NCBI GenBank assembly: GCA_029953675.1
Contig: JAMWBK010000004.1
Location: 1,426,001 to 1,490,000, forward strand
Reading direction: 5' to 3'
DNA: 64,000 nt
Source of the DNA: Rhodosorus marinus CCMP1338
Taxonomy: Eukaryota > Plantae > Rhodophyta
Shown: piece after piece, positions 37,227 to 52,153 of the stretch
How positions within the stretch are numbered: position 1 is the stretch's first letter
How the letters are laid out: the number at the start of each line of letters is the position of its first letter
The notes under the pieces: model-generated
What the model was told of the DNA's origin: nothing
Databases searched by the model: none
The model's input: the letters and a program-made list of their open reading frames with translations, nothing else
Translations under genes and position numbers: made by a program

Positions 37227-39850
37227 ATGGAGGCGTTTGTTGGTGTATTAGGATCTGGCCAGTTGTCACGGTCCCGATTAAGCTTTTCAGGAAGGAGGGT
37301 GAGGGTTTTGAGATGTAGGAGCGTGACTAAGGCCCAGGCTGCCGAGGCGCCGGAAACCGAGGGTCTTTCGGAGGGTGTGTCGGAGGATGTATCAGAGGTT
37401 GATTTTGCGCAGCAGGATGTGGCAACGGTGTTTCCGCTGTCTGCGGTTGTTGGACAGGATGCAGTTAAGACAGCGCTGCTACTCGCTGCAGTCAACCCTG
37501 AGCTTGGCGGCGTCTGTATTTCTGGAAGAAGGGGTACTGCAAAGTCTGTCATGGCTAGAGCGATCCACGCGCTTCTTCCACCTATAGAGGTCGTAAAGGG
37601 CTCCTTCTACAACGGTGAACCAAGTGAAGGAGACGACAGCGCGGAAACAATCGTCGTTCGTCCACCCTTCGTACAGGTAGGTCTACGTCTTGTAATAGAC
37701 TATCCGTTTCTTTGTGGCTAATTTCGTTGTCCTCATCCATTTTGCGACGGCTGAAAAAAAGATACCGCTGAATACCACCGAAGACCGGTTGATCGGAACT
37801 GTAAACGTGGAAAAGTCTGTGACAACAGGAAAAACGGAGTTTCAACCGGGACTTCTGGCAGCCGCCCATCGAGGAGTCTTGTACATTGACGAAATCAACC
37901 TTCTCGACCAGGGCATTGTAAATCTTCTTCTCTCCGTAATTTCCGAAGGCGTTGTTAGGGTGGAGCGAGAAGGAATGTCCTATACGCACCCGTGCAGGCC
38001 TCTCATTATAGCCACCTTCAATCCTGAGGAAGGCGACGTCAGAGCGCACTTTCTGGACAGGTTCGTCCTCGCGAGACTGTGAATACAATTGACGCTCGGT
38101 TAGGAAAGCTGAGATCTTAAGCCTCCTTCTATTCCAGGATTGCGGTAGTGCTTTCTGCCGATTCGAACCCCCTATCCCTTGAGGAACGAATTGACGCTGT
38201 CGAGTCCTCGATCAAGTACAGGGAGAACCCCAAGGATTTTGTTTCGGACGTATTCTCAGAGACAGACCAGATGGCGACGAATATCATCCTGGCGAGGGAA
38301 TATCTCAAGGACGTAGAACTAGACAAGAGCCAGGTAACTGTGTCATTCTTCTCGAGCCGCTTCTGGGTTGGCTTTCTTGTTTCGTCTTGTTGCTAAGTTT
38401 TCAGCTTTTCGTCATCATCAGGTTGAGTACCTGGTGTCTGAGGCTGTGAGAGCCGATACTCAAGGCCATCGGTGTGATCTGTACGCATGTCAAGTCGCAC
38501 GAGCTGCTGCGGCGTTGGAAGGTCGTGACTACGTGACCAAGGAAGACTTGAAAACAGCAGTTCAGCTAGTGATTTTGCCTCGCTCGAGGGCGTTTAACAA
38601 TCAAGATATGATGGAGCAGGAGGCACCACCTCCTCCACCTCCTCCACCACCACAGGATCAGATGGAGGACGACGAAACGGAGCAAGAGCCTGACGAGGAA
38701 GACGAGAAAGAAGAGGACCAGGAACAGACTCCTGAGATTCCGGAGGAGTTCATCTTCGACCCTGAAGGTGTCATTCTAGATCCCGAGGTCCTAAACTTTG
38801 CTCAAGGTCAAAGAGGTGGCAAGTCAGGAACCAGAGGAGTCATTTTCTCAACGGACCGAGGACGATACGTTAAGGCCATGTTGCCAAAGAAAGGAGAGGT
38901 AGGTTGTTCGATCAGTTGGAAATTTCGAGGCTCACAGGTTTCATACGATACCGACTTCGTTCCAAAGCTCGAAGCACTGACACTTTTTTCTCACTGGATT
39001 ATCCCAGATTACCAAATTGGCGGTGGATGCGACGTTAAGAGCTTCCGCTCCATACCAGAAGGCACGCCGGGAGCGGCACGCGGACACTGAAGACGCTGAG
39101 AAGGGAGTTTATGTGGAAGAGGCTGACTTGAGAATCAAACGCCTGGCCCGGAAGGCTGGCTCTCTCATCCTGTTCCTTGTCGACGCGTCTGGGTCAATGG
39201 CCCTGAATAGGATGAATTCCGCGAAAGGTGCAGCAATAAAGCTTTTGACTGAGGCCTACCAAACAAGAGATAAAATCTCGCTGATTACTTTCCAGGGAGA
39301 CCGTGCTGAGGTAAACTGTGGGTGTGCCATTTTTTGGAAAATCGAATTGTTTGCTGACGTTCTTGTTGTGCCCTGCGGACCTGCTTGTAACTAGGTGATC
39401 CTTCCACCTACGAAATCTATCACGATGGCCAAAAAACGTCTGGAAACCATGCCGTGCGGGGGAGGCTCTCCGATGGCTCATGCGCTGACAATGGCTACGA
39501 GGGTTGGCCTGAACGCTCAGAAAACGGGAGACGTTGGTAAGGTCATCATGGTTGTAATATCCGACGGAAGGGCCAACGTCCCACTGCATACCAGTGAAGG
39601 CGAAGAGGTGGAGGAGAAGCTGACCAAAGCAGAAATGAAGGAAGAGGTCTTGAATCTGTCAAAAAGCATCGGAGCCCTTGGTGGTTTCAACTTGCTGTGT
39701 ATCGATACTGAGAACAAATTCGTCTCAACTGGGCTCGCGAGGGAGCTGGCGGAATACGCGCAGGGATCATATCACTACTTGCCAAAGGCCACCGATCAGT
39801 CTGTGGCGGAAGTCGCCGGGGGTGCGATATCAGCCATGAGATCAACTTAG
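37227..39850 (+). CDS. CHLD: Magnesium chelatase subunit D, plastid-targeted; 5 introns
   Basis: MEAFV transit peptide; [27 protein letters not shown]; poly-Pro/acidic linker; vWA MIDAS DASGSM and [10 protein letters not shown]. Confidence 0.97.
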
Positions 39851-40905
39851 TCCAAAGACCCCGTGTTAAAACCTAACTCTAGCTTTTCATTGCCCTCGGG
39901 AGAAACGCCCCGGTGGTGCGGTATTAATTCTCCATAATTGGGCTTTGCGTGCACTGTGGAGTACCCCCAGATGATCCAAAACAGTAATAGAACAGAAAGA
40001 CAGACTCTTACAGACTTTTTACTTTTCAAAATACAAAACCCCCAAAAACCAGAATCAGTTTTCCAGCTCAATTCTGCACGATGCTCAAGACCATACTGAC
40101 ATGAGGAGGACATAGCTCCAGTTCACTTACTCTGCTTCCTCCCTCCTTCCGAGCTCACCCGGTAGCACCTGGCAAAGACCTAGCACCATCCCGAGCACAA
40201 CTGGGACGCGAATTTCTTCGATACTCCCATTGGTACAACCTCGTCCAATTAACACTCACCAAAGAAAAGCCGCTCTTCAGAAATTTACCACGAATCAAAT
40301 ATCCATGAGATTTCTCGGTTACTTAGCTATCCGTTATTGGTCAATGCTTCCCAACTAGTCAAAAATAAACAAATAATTATATTATTAAATCCTATTTCAC
40401 CAATCCCTTCATGTCACCGAAATCCGTTGATAGGCGAAATCATGTTCGCCAAACGTCAAGACGGGTGACATCGAAAGAAAACGCCAGTTTGATACAGAAC
40501 GTGAGCTTGAGGTAGCACGCGAGTTTGTTGACGTAGGACATTTCTACATGGAAAATCCACTGGAACATTCGCTACCTGAATTTTTAATGTTTTAGGAGGG
40601 ATCCATTTTGCGAGGAGGGATTTTTAAGGGAGTTTATATAGAGGCTGGAAAAGAGTTGGATGGATGGATTAGGCGGGGGAGGGAGAGGGCGGGTGGGTTC
40701 GAAGAGGAGGAAGGGGTGTGGGCTTGAGGAGAGGTTTTGGATTTGCGTGATGATTTATAAGATGGAATAAGGACTAGATCTTCTTAGGGTAAGAATTGTT
40801 TGCGACAGTGAAGTGTTTTTTTTTCGTTGTACGGCGGCGAGTTTTGAGTGTGGCGCGAGGTTTTTGGGCGGATCTTTTTTCTTCTTTTTTTTGTTTTCTT
40901 GGAGA

Positions 40906-43227
40906 ATGGAGGGTGTTGGGTTTGTCGTTGGCGGGGTCAACAGGCTGGCAAGACGTGGAGATAGAGGTGTTCTGCGCTGTAGCCGGGGTCATGAGGTTGG
41001 ATCTAGAAGGCGTGTTGTTGTTGCTGACGCTGAGGCAGGGGCTGCGCAGGTGGGATTTGCGGGAACCTGTGTCGTCCTGTCTGAGGATGATGCCAGTGAC
41101 TGATCGGTTGTGTTTTCCGTTTTCGCTTTGTTTCGAAGGTTAAGACTGAGAAGGATGTTGTAGTGAACGGTCTACCTGCAGATGCTGCGCAAGATGTTGT
41201 ATTAACAGATGGACCAAAACTGCTGGCTCGACCTGAGCCTGTTGCGCAGGCGAGGAGCGAAGTAGTTCATGTGGCCGGAGATAGCGATCCGTCGCTGATG
41301 GACTCGATGCACAAGAGACTGGATGCAATGAAGAAGCAGCCTGTTTCAATTATTGTGGTAGGCGCCAGTGGCGACCTCGCGAAGAAGAAAACCTTCCCGG
41401 CTATATTTTCTCTCTTTTATCATGATCTCCTACCCGAAGACTTTGTCGTGTATGGCTACGCGCGGAGCAAGATGAGTCAAGAAGAGTTCAGGTAACCTTA
41501 GCACGTATGGCAGAAACTAGTAGGGAATCGGGGAGCCGAGAGTGGGCGTTGAATATCTATTCTGTGGATCCACTGTCGTAGGGAGCTGATCATGAGCACC
41601 CTGACCTGCCGAGTTATAGATGGGCGGAAATGCAGTGAGAAGATGGACGAGTTTTTGCCACGATGTCACTACGTCTCTGGCAAATATGATGTGTCGAGTG
41701 ATTTCTCTGCGCTGAGCAAAGAGTTGGCTATGTTTGAGAGCTCTAATGAAGTCTCGAACCGACTGTTCTACCTAGCCGTGCCTCCAAGCGTCTTCCAGAA
41801 AGCGGCGTCGAATATCAACCTTGCCGGGCGAAGCCCAAAGGGCTACACACGTGTTGTCGTGGAAAAGCCCTTCGGAAAAGATTCGGAATCGTATAGAGAG
41901 CTCCGAGCCGGTCTGTCCTCGATTCTCAGCGAGGAGGAGACCTACCGCATTGACCATTACCTCGGAAAGGAGCTGGTACAGAACCTCATGTCCCTGAGGT
42001 TCGCGAATTCGATCTTCGAGCCGATTTGGAACCGAAACTATATTCAATCGGTGAGGAGTGAACCAGATCCATTCAGTGCGGTTCGCACAAACGGATTTTG
42101 AGTACGTGTTCTGAAGCCGGGATGTTCATAAACGTTGGAAATGCTTAGGTGCAGCTTGTTTTCAAGGAAAACTTCGGAGTTGAAGGACGTGCAGGATACT
42201 TTGATGGGGTTGGAATTATTCGTGATATCATGCAGAACCACTTGTTACAGGTGCTTGCTCTGGTAGCGATGGAACCTCCAGTTTCCCTTCATGCGGAAGA
42301 TATTCGAAATGAAAAGGTCAAACTTCTGCGATCCATGGAGAAGCTGAGCAAGGACAGCTTTGTGATTGGCCAGTATGAGGGCAAAGGTGAAGGTCAACCC
42401 GGCTACAGGGCTGATGAAGGTAAGCCAGAAGTTAAAATTGTGCTGAATAGCGAGGGGAAACATCATCTGAAAGAGCGGTTTGAACAACAGGTGTCGCCCC
42501 CCGCAGTAAGACACCAACGTTCGCTGCTTGCGTGCTGAACATCCGCAACCAGAGGTGGGAGGGTGTCCCGTTCATGATGAAGGCTGGGAAGGCCTTAGAC
42601 GAACGCAAAGCGGAGATTAGAATCGTCTTCAAGCCAGCGGCGGGGTCGATTTTCTCAGTACCGAATACTATTAAGAACAATGAGCTCGTCATCAAGATCC
42701 AGCCAGACGAATCCATCTACATGCGTATTGCGAACAAGGTATATCCCCTCTACCTTCATTTTGGCAGACTAGAAGAATAGCCTAGCCACGCATTTCTTCA
42801 ACATCAAGCTGTTGCCGAGCTGAACGCCAGAATTCTCTGGACCCCAGGTGCCAGGTTTGACCTCTCGCATGGAAGAGGGACGACTGAACATGTTCTACAG
42901 AGAAGCATGGGAGGAGTCAAAGGATATACCGGATGCGTACGAACGTCTCATTCTGGACGTGCTCAACGGAGAAAAGTCTCTTTTCATTCGTGATGACGAG
43001 CTTGAGGTGGCTTGGGATATTTTCTCCGACGCGATCCATGAACTCGAGGAGGACCCGAACGTTGAGCCTGAGAGCTACAAGTACGGAACGCGAGGACCTG
43101 TGGGTGCAGACCATCTCGCTGCCAGGTGAGTGCTTGTGATCAACCCAAAAACTCTGTTTAATAGTGTCAACTGACAAAAATCTATTCCGCCTGCTGCAGA
43201 CACGGATCGAGATGGAGCGAACTGTGA
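40906..43227 (+). CDS. G6PD: Glucose-6-phosphate 1-dehydrogenase, plastid type; multi-exon
   Basis: Transit peptide MEGVGFV; [38 protein letters not shown]. Confidence 0.97.
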
Positions 43228-43426
43228 AATGGTCAACAAAGCCACTGTATGATATGAAACCTGAGTGAGAAGCACTGAGATTCAGCTGAGAGCTTGGGTC
43301 AGATCAGCCTCTAGCTACAAATTTGTAAAAGCGCACTTGGTTCGTTCACCGTCCTGCATGCCAGAAATCGGATTATCTCGTGCAAGTCTTGATGACTGTA
43401 CACAGCTTGTGCTACCCAACGCGTCC

Positions 43427-43478
43427 TTGCCAAGTGCAAGGGGCAGTGCAAAATTGCACTGCCTCTTGTACTTGGCAA
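43427..43478. repeat. 52-bp imperfect palindrome (25-bp arms)
   Basis: ttgccaagtgcaaggggcagtgcaa-aa-ttgcactgcctcttgtacttggcaa; both mismatches are G-T. Confidence 0.9.
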
Positions 43479-43616
43479 CTCGAACGGGCTTGAATCAATG
43501 CCTGCTGGCATTCTCCACAAGTGGGGCTAGCCATGGCTCCACCAAAACATGCAGCCTTTTACGCTGACCACTGTCGACCAAATAAAGTAGCTCTTGTTGC
43601 TATGTGAAGGTCCAAA

Positions 43617-44090
43617 TTCCGGGCCAGGCATGGGCTTCACCAAGAACATAGGCACTTCATTTTAGTACTCCCAGCGCCCGAAAAAGAATCTATTGTTGCC
43701 TCTATGACGACCACATTTCGGGCCAATGGTGGCCCCAACAGTGAACATTGGCTGCTTTTCATTTTACCTTGACAGCGCCCATAAGAGATGCCAATGCTAT
43801 GTGGGCAACGACCTACATTCCGGGCCAATGGCGGCCCCAATCGTAAACATCGGCCGCTTTTCATTTTGCCATGACAGTCCTATAAGAAGACGCCAATGTT
43901 ACCTTGGCAATGACCCACGGTCTGGGCCACCATTGGCCCAGACGGTGAACATTGGTCGCTTTCCATTTTACTGTGACAGTGCCCTTAAAGAGAAGCCGCC
44001 GCTACCTGCGTAATGACCCACCGTCCGGGCCAATGGTGGCCCCGAGCGTGCACATTGGCCGCTTTTCATTTTACCCCCCATGGACGGGGC
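43617..44090. repeat. About 102-bp degenerate tandem repeat, about 5 units, each with a gggcca-N4-tggccc hairpin
   Basis: gggcca cores at 43621, 43720, 43822, 43924 and 44027 (periods 99, 102, 102, 103). Confidence 0.9.
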
Positions 44091-44397
44091 CCGAGAAAGA
44101 AAGCTAATATTACCTGGTTCCCTCGCATGACGACAAGTTTACTTGCCAATCGACGACCGCACTCGCGCGGAACATTGGCCTCTCTAACCCGAATGGCACA
44201 ACGGGCCCGGTGGATAATCCAATGTTACCATGCTGAAGGCATTGATATAGAGTGAGCCTTGCATGGATGGAGGCAGGTGGTTTGGGTGTTGGTACTGTGA
44301 GAAAGGACCGCTGTTCTGGGTAGTCCTTGTCAGTTGACAGGAGCGATCACTGGTTTTGGGGATAGACGGGGTGTTAAGAAAGCAATCTGTCTTGATT

Positions 44398-45167
44398 ATG
44401 GCCATTGTGAAGAAGAACGAGAACGTCAGGATGGAGACGTCCCTCGGGTCGTTTGACGTTGAGCTTTACTGGGAGCAGTGAGTAGCTTAAAAGCCATGTT
44501 TGTTTTGATTTTGAGAAACTGATTTCACTTCCGTTGTGGATTTTGCTGTTTGTGTTGCAGCACTCCACGGACTTGTAGGAACTTCCTAGAGCTTTCGAAA
44601 AGGGGTTACTACAAGGGGGTTATCTTTCACAGAATAGTTCCGAATTTTGTCGTTCAGGGAGGTGATCCAACGGGTACCGGCCGCGGTGGTGAGGTATGGC
44701 AGCGTTGTCCCTTCCGATCGTTCGTCCTGCGTGGGGTGTGCAACTAATCGATTCCTGTTGCCTTTCGACGTGCTCGGTGTATCCTATCTTTTTTATCTCA
44801 GTCGATCTACGGCCGCCGATTTGAAGATGAAATCCACCCGGAACTAAAACACGTTGGAGCCGGTATTCTTTCAATGGCCAACTCAGGGCCAAATACAAAC
44901 GGTAGCCAGTTCTTCATAACGCTTGCTCCGGCACCACATCTTGATGGTAAGTGTGAACGCTTTGCGTTCTCGAGCCCGATTCTGCCCGCTGCTGAGTATG
45001 AAGAAACTAACGCACGTGTGGGCTGTGCAATAGGAAAACACAGCGTTTTCGGAAGAATTAAAAGCGGAATGAATACAATCAAACGCATGGGGACAGTGCC
45101 GACTGATTCCCATGATCGACCTCAACGAGACGTAAAGATCTACAAGGCTATTGCTGTACCTGTATAG
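44398..45167 (+). CDS. PPIL1: Cyclophilin peptidyl-prolyl isomerase, PPIL1/CYP18-2-like; 3 introns
   Basis: [61 protein letters not shown]. Confidence 0.92.
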
Positions 45168-45442
45168 GAAAGACTCTCAAGAATTGTGCGGCCACTTGTA
45201 AAGTGTTTCAGTGGGAAACGTACGGACGGGTCCAAGAAAAGATGGGGATGCTGACGGTGGAGCGGGAAAACCCATCAATTTAGTGTGAACTGCGCATTCT
45301 TTTTTTTAGGATTAAGCGATTTTGATGTACAAGTTAATATTGCCGACGCGACGAGAGCGCACTAGTCAAGCGCAACCTGGTTTAAGGTGCTGAACTCTAA
45401 GCACTAGGTCGTGATATCGCTTGTGGAGGGCTTCCCTCAAGA

Positions 45443-47096
<1,654 letters not shown>

Positions 47097-48024
47097 TCTC
47101 CAACGTTGTCAGCCAACCCACAACTTGCCGCCTCTCCTCATCCACCTCACCCCCCGACCACAACCTTACATAGACTGCCTTCTTCAGACTCCTACAGATA
47201 TCCTTCTACTTCCATAGACGTTTAGGACGTCATTGGTGAAAACGGCTAATCTGGAATCAAATGCCGAGCTAGCTTACGCCAACAATGATCGTCTGAGCAG
47301 TACTAGTAGCAGCAGTAGTAGTAGTAGTTGCTATAGCTCACTCGCTCATGAATGGACGCTAGTTCTCCCTCTGTCGTATCACTGCCATTCGTAAGGTTAG
47401 CATTCGTCAGTGTCACGGAGTCGCAAGAAAAGTATTCCCCTGCGGAGGTTGGCCTTCCAGTAAGGTTCCATAAACTATTCTGATCCAACGTCATACACAT
47501 TGAAGTGACACGAAAAGTGCTTATGAGAACAGAGATCAACCTGCCGTTCTTGATGACCGCTGTGAAACTTGCTTGACTGGGATGTTCGAAGGAGAAGACT
47601 GACAACCTTGATCAGTCCACAGAGTCAGGATGGACCACTTGGAAGAGAAGAGGGCCAGGGCGCATGGCGTTTCGATGGATCTGAGGCGTATCGTGTCACG
47701 TTTTGGCGTACGGGGGGGGAAGTCCATACCCAAAAGGAGATGGTCGTCATTGTAAAATTGACACGGGACTTGGAACGAAGCCCCAAAGCTATTGATGGCA
47801 ACGACGACAACTTCTGAACCCTCCACTCCATATGACAGAATTCTGATTGACCATCGAAAGGTCAAATCGAACCGGAAAAAAAATCGACCCGCCTGTTGCG
47901 CACCCAGCACGTGCTATCGCGTCGCTTCTAAATTTCTTTATTCACACACTTTCTTTCTCCCAGGCTCGTGGTCCACGAGCCCTTTTCCAGGTCCCCACAG
48001 TTCGCCTGTGAGAGCTTCTTCCCC

Positions 48025-49250
48025 TCAATTGTAGTTTTTCGTAAAGTATTCCTCATCAAGATTATGCATTCTCACAACGGATTCCTCTCCTCCAGATGTG
48101 TACTGCTTCCCGTCCGGAGAAAAGGCGACGGCATTGATAGGACCGAAATGTCCTCCTACTTTACCGATTTCCGTCTCATAGATCTTGTGGTAGAATCTCG
48201 AATCGAATCGCTCCTGGGTCGTTGTCGTTGTAACTTGCGAGGCGTCCTGTCCTCCTCCCAGAACGATATGGTCCATGAGCGGACTAATCGCGGCAGAATT
48301 CACGGGTCTCTCCGTCTTAAAGGTTTTCAAGATCTGCCGTTGCATTGGAAATGTATTGTTCGATTAGCGAGCGGTGGAGTTGAGAGATCCCTGGATGGAA
48401 GTATTTACTCGCAGTAGCTTACCGACATGTCTTCCAAGTCCCAGAGTTTCGCGGTTTTATCAGCCGACGCCGTGATGAAGTGGACCTTGTTCGGCGCGAT
48501 CTGGAGGTCGTTGATCCCGCCAGCATGTTCCTTCACGCAAGCAATTTCCTCTCCACTCTTAACGTCAAATTTTCGAACAGTTCCGTCCTCAGCACCACAG
48601 ATAATGTGGTCGCCCGCGCCCGTCCACAGCGCTCTTGACATGGTGACCTTTGGACCCTTCAGGCTCTGAACCTTCTCAGCTTCCAGAGTGGACGGATCGT
48701 TCGAAAACTTCATAATATGAATCTCTGGCTCCTGCTTCATCAACATGGACGTCGCAAATGCGACATGCTTTTCATCCGGCGAAATTGAAACGGAGCTAAC
48801 GGGACACTTGAAGTCCCACTGAAAGACCTGTTTCCCTCCGTTCACTTCCCACATTCGCGCAGAATTGTCTGCTGATCCAGTTATCAAGTACTTAGAATCA
48901 GCCGTGACGTCAATGCTAATTATTGCTCCTCCGTGCCCCTCAAAAGTCCCCAAACGTGCTCCGCCCTGCTGAGCCCTCCATACCATCGGCGATCTATCCC
49001 TGGCAGCGGTGAATAGCAAGTCACCTTCGCGGTTGTAAATAACCTGCGTGACCGGCCTTTCATGACCTGCCAATATAATCGGCCTCTACAACAAACGCAA
49101 AGCAAAACCCAAATCGATTCAGCGAGGCGTACAAATCTCATGAAAAAGCCGTACAAAAAACCTGCAGCATAGCCAACATATCCAAGACAAACCTCACACA
49201 AGCCTCCCAGACACGCAAAAAGCAAAAGGGAGACTTGCCGATCTTACCAT
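48025..49250 (-). CDS. EIF3I: Translation initiation factor eIF3 subunit i (WD40); ATG-only first exon
   Basis: M|[56 protein letters not shown]. Confidence 0.95.
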
Positions 49251-49662
49251 CGCGAAACAGAATAACAAAACAAAACACCTCACAATCCCCCACAAAAAAA
49301 CCGCGACGATCAAATGAGCTAGTAGCGCAGACAAGTGCCTCCGTCACCAACTACCTTTACATTCAATTCTTTCCAAACCTACAGGCCCCTTCGTCCCCCT
49401 CGAACTTCTCCGGACGAAAGCAGCCTTGACCTATGCACATTGTCTTCTTCATCAGCAAAGAGAGCGAAAAAAGTCAACCCACGACCGCCGTGGCTAATAC
49501 AAAAAAATAGAATATTATTGGACAGAATACGAACTTAAAAACCAATTAGAACATCATAATTGTTCTTATCGAATTTCATGTTTATTAATTAGTGTGTTAG
49601 AGTCTAGTATTAGCCAATGATATGCCTTGTTAGCTTTGATAACGGGTAGGATTGGAGGATCT

Positions 49663-50511
49663 CTACGCGTCTCGGACTAGTTTGAGCTGTTCTTGCTTTC
49701 TGCGAATGTATCTCTGCTCTTTTTCTTCACCGCGCTGCCTACTTTCCCAGTACTTCTCGGAGCGATCGTCTTCCTGTTCGACCTCCTCTGCGTTCTTGAC
49801 GTCGTCCAGGGCTTCAAGGTTGCGTTCGAAGGATGCCTCCTCCGCTTGGAGAATGGCGCGGTCGACGCTTTCGACATGGCTGTTGTCCTGCATTTTCTGG
49901 CGAATAAGCTTGTATGATCGGTTGTTCTCCCGAATTGTCAACTCCGGTGGACGGGTGTCTGCTAACATCCTCGGGGACAGAACCAGGCGTTCTGGGTCGT
50001 ACTTCTCGGATTCTAGGTATGGCATGCTACCATCACGAAGCAGTTGCTGAATCTGTGCGCGAAAATCCGAAGAAAAGGCTTTCCGCCGCGCAATATCACC
50101 TTCAGCATCATTCGATTCAACGAAAGAATACTCCGGAATGTAAGAAAAGTTCACATTTGGCGGTTCCCCGGAACCTTTCTTGCCAGCAGAATTTGCTTGC
50201 CAAAAGGCGGCCCTCGGCAAGGCCGTTAAAGCCGCCTTCGAGTCCTCCAAACTCTTAAACCGAGCAAAAACGGTACCAGCAAACCTGCTCTCACTGTCTC
50301 GCACCTTCACGAGCTGTTTCAAGCCGAAGGATTTGAGAAACTCTTCCAGGTCACCCAGTCTAGCTGAGTAATTCGAAATTATCAGGATCGGTGAAGCGTA
50401 TGGCAGGCCAGAACCCGAGAGATGGGACCGGGCCAGTCCTCTACATTGCTGCAATGTCTTGCTAACAGAGCGCGAAACCGACGCTCGAAAGCAGAACAAC
50501 CCCAGCTCCAT
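49663..50511 (-). CDS. 282-aa RRM protein with a mitochondrial-type presequence
   Basis: ILIISN (RNP2-like) and GTVFARF (RNP1-like); Arg/Ser-rich N-terminus; charged C-terminus. Confidence 0.8.
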   Translation of the reverse strand: MELGLFCFRASVSRSVSKTLQQCRGLARSHLSGSGLPYASPILIISNYSARLGDLEEFLKSFGLKQLVKVRDSESRFAGTVFARFKSLEDSKAALTALPRAAFWQANSAGKKGSGEPPNVNFSYIPEYSFVESNDAEGDIARRKAFSSDFRAQIQQLLRDGSMPYLESEKYDPERLVLSPRMLADTRPPELTIRENNRSYKLIRQKMQDNSHVESVDRAILQAEEASFERNLEALDDVKNAEEVEQEDDRSEKYWESRQRGEEKEQRYIRRKQEQLKLVRDA

Positions 50512-52153
50512 TCCTCAAAAACCACAGGATTACCTCAAGCCCACCATCTGACACCTCAAACTTGACGCGCTTACTGATCCAAGGAGATCTTAGAGCTCAC
50601 CAATGAAGGACAAGGCCGAACCCAACTTTCCCTGGGCGTTCAGGAGCGCTCGTCTCGCGGGAAGCACGCCACCTGCAACCGCTTCAACATACTGCGAGGT
50701 ATCTATAGTGCTGATGACAAGCTGACCTCGATTGTACTCGGAAACCGGGGGAAAGGCGTAACCTGACATTCTTATGAGAGACTGTTATAGTTCTGCAACG
50801 TTTTCAAAACCGGATCTCCGAGAAAGCAAAATCCGGTTCCATAGGCTTGGACACGGGATTGCACAGCTTGCTCCCACATGTAGCTTTCGGATGGTGCTTC
50901 AGATGTTCAGAGCTGATCTGATTTTCCGCAAGTGGTTCCAGTTTCTATCTGTTCTACTCCAATGGACGCTTTCAAAACATGGTGTAGCGGAAACTAGACT
51001 AAGCCGTCCACCGCTTTTTGACCGAAATCAAGCTCAACCTACACTGATCGTCACTTGTCATGAAGTAGCTGCTTGATGAGACGGGACCTGGTACTTGAAA
51101 CCAATGAAAAGCAGGATTTGATAAATAACACAAATTAAAATTAAGCACGTGTCATTTAACCTAAATTAATCCAATTAACGTGTGAGACAAAAGGTTAAAC
51201 CACTGAGCAGAGTTTTAAAGATATTGAAAACTAGAAGAACAGGGCTTACCTTTCACAAATCTACTAATTTCTTTTTACCTTGCTGAGAGGCTTCGTAAGG
51301 GGGGATTACAGAAAGATTCACCGACGGAGAATTGGACGAATTATTTATAAATATCAAAAGATATTAAGGACGAGCATGCGATTCGGGGGGTTTTGGAATC
51401 AGAATAAATCAACACGGTAGTAAACAACGACAAGGGGTTGGAAAACTGGACCAACATGACGCGACTGTTCGGGAGAGGACAACTTGAGCCCCTTCAATAC
51501 CAGACCTATGTTGCATAAAATTGTATTCAAAACAAATAAAGGCCGGATAGAATTCAGTAGCGTACGCAAGTCCACCATATACAAATATTAGTAAGGTGGG
51601 GATGGATTATTTGTTGTTAGGGGATGACATTTTTTCCGATGGAAACGGGGACTAAATATTTTGTTTTTTGGAAATAGTTTCTGGGGGTAAAGCCGTCTTA
51701 AGTCAACTGCGAGTATTTCTCTCTCTTTTTGGGGCTTCTCGGTCGGCGTTGGGAAAAGCGATTTTGAAGGTGTGGATTTTGGGGAGGTTTTGGTGGGGGT
51801 TTGTTGTTTTTTCGACCCGTTTTTTTTTGTTGTTGGTTTTTGAGGATGAACGGCAAACTCCCTCTAAAAAAGAAGAAACAGCGGACTTTATCTTGAAGGT
51901 TAAGCTGAGGAAGGATTTGGGGATGGAAAATTTGGGATTGGGAGGGAGAGAAGTTGGTATAAGACTAATGTGAAGAGGAGGAGCAAGGAGGGGGAGAGAT
52001 TTAGTAGGCAAGTTTAGAATTTGGAGGGAGAGGGGGGAGGGGGAGGAAGGGTAGGGAAGGTTTTGTTTGTGATTTTAGGGGTTAGGTTAGTCTGGTTGTT
52101 TGTTTTTTGGTGGGGGGTACGGGATCTGTGTGTTTGTTTGTTTTTTCTCAAAG

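Noticed and set aside
37227-39850. Programmed frameshifting in chlD (known in some prokaryotic chlD genes)
   Set aside because: All frame changes are explained by canonical GT-AG introns.
43726-44013. 34-aa repeat protein encoded by the 102-bp satellite
   Set aside because: A stop lies just upstream, the last period (103 bp) breaks the frame, and variation is not synonymous-biased by eye.
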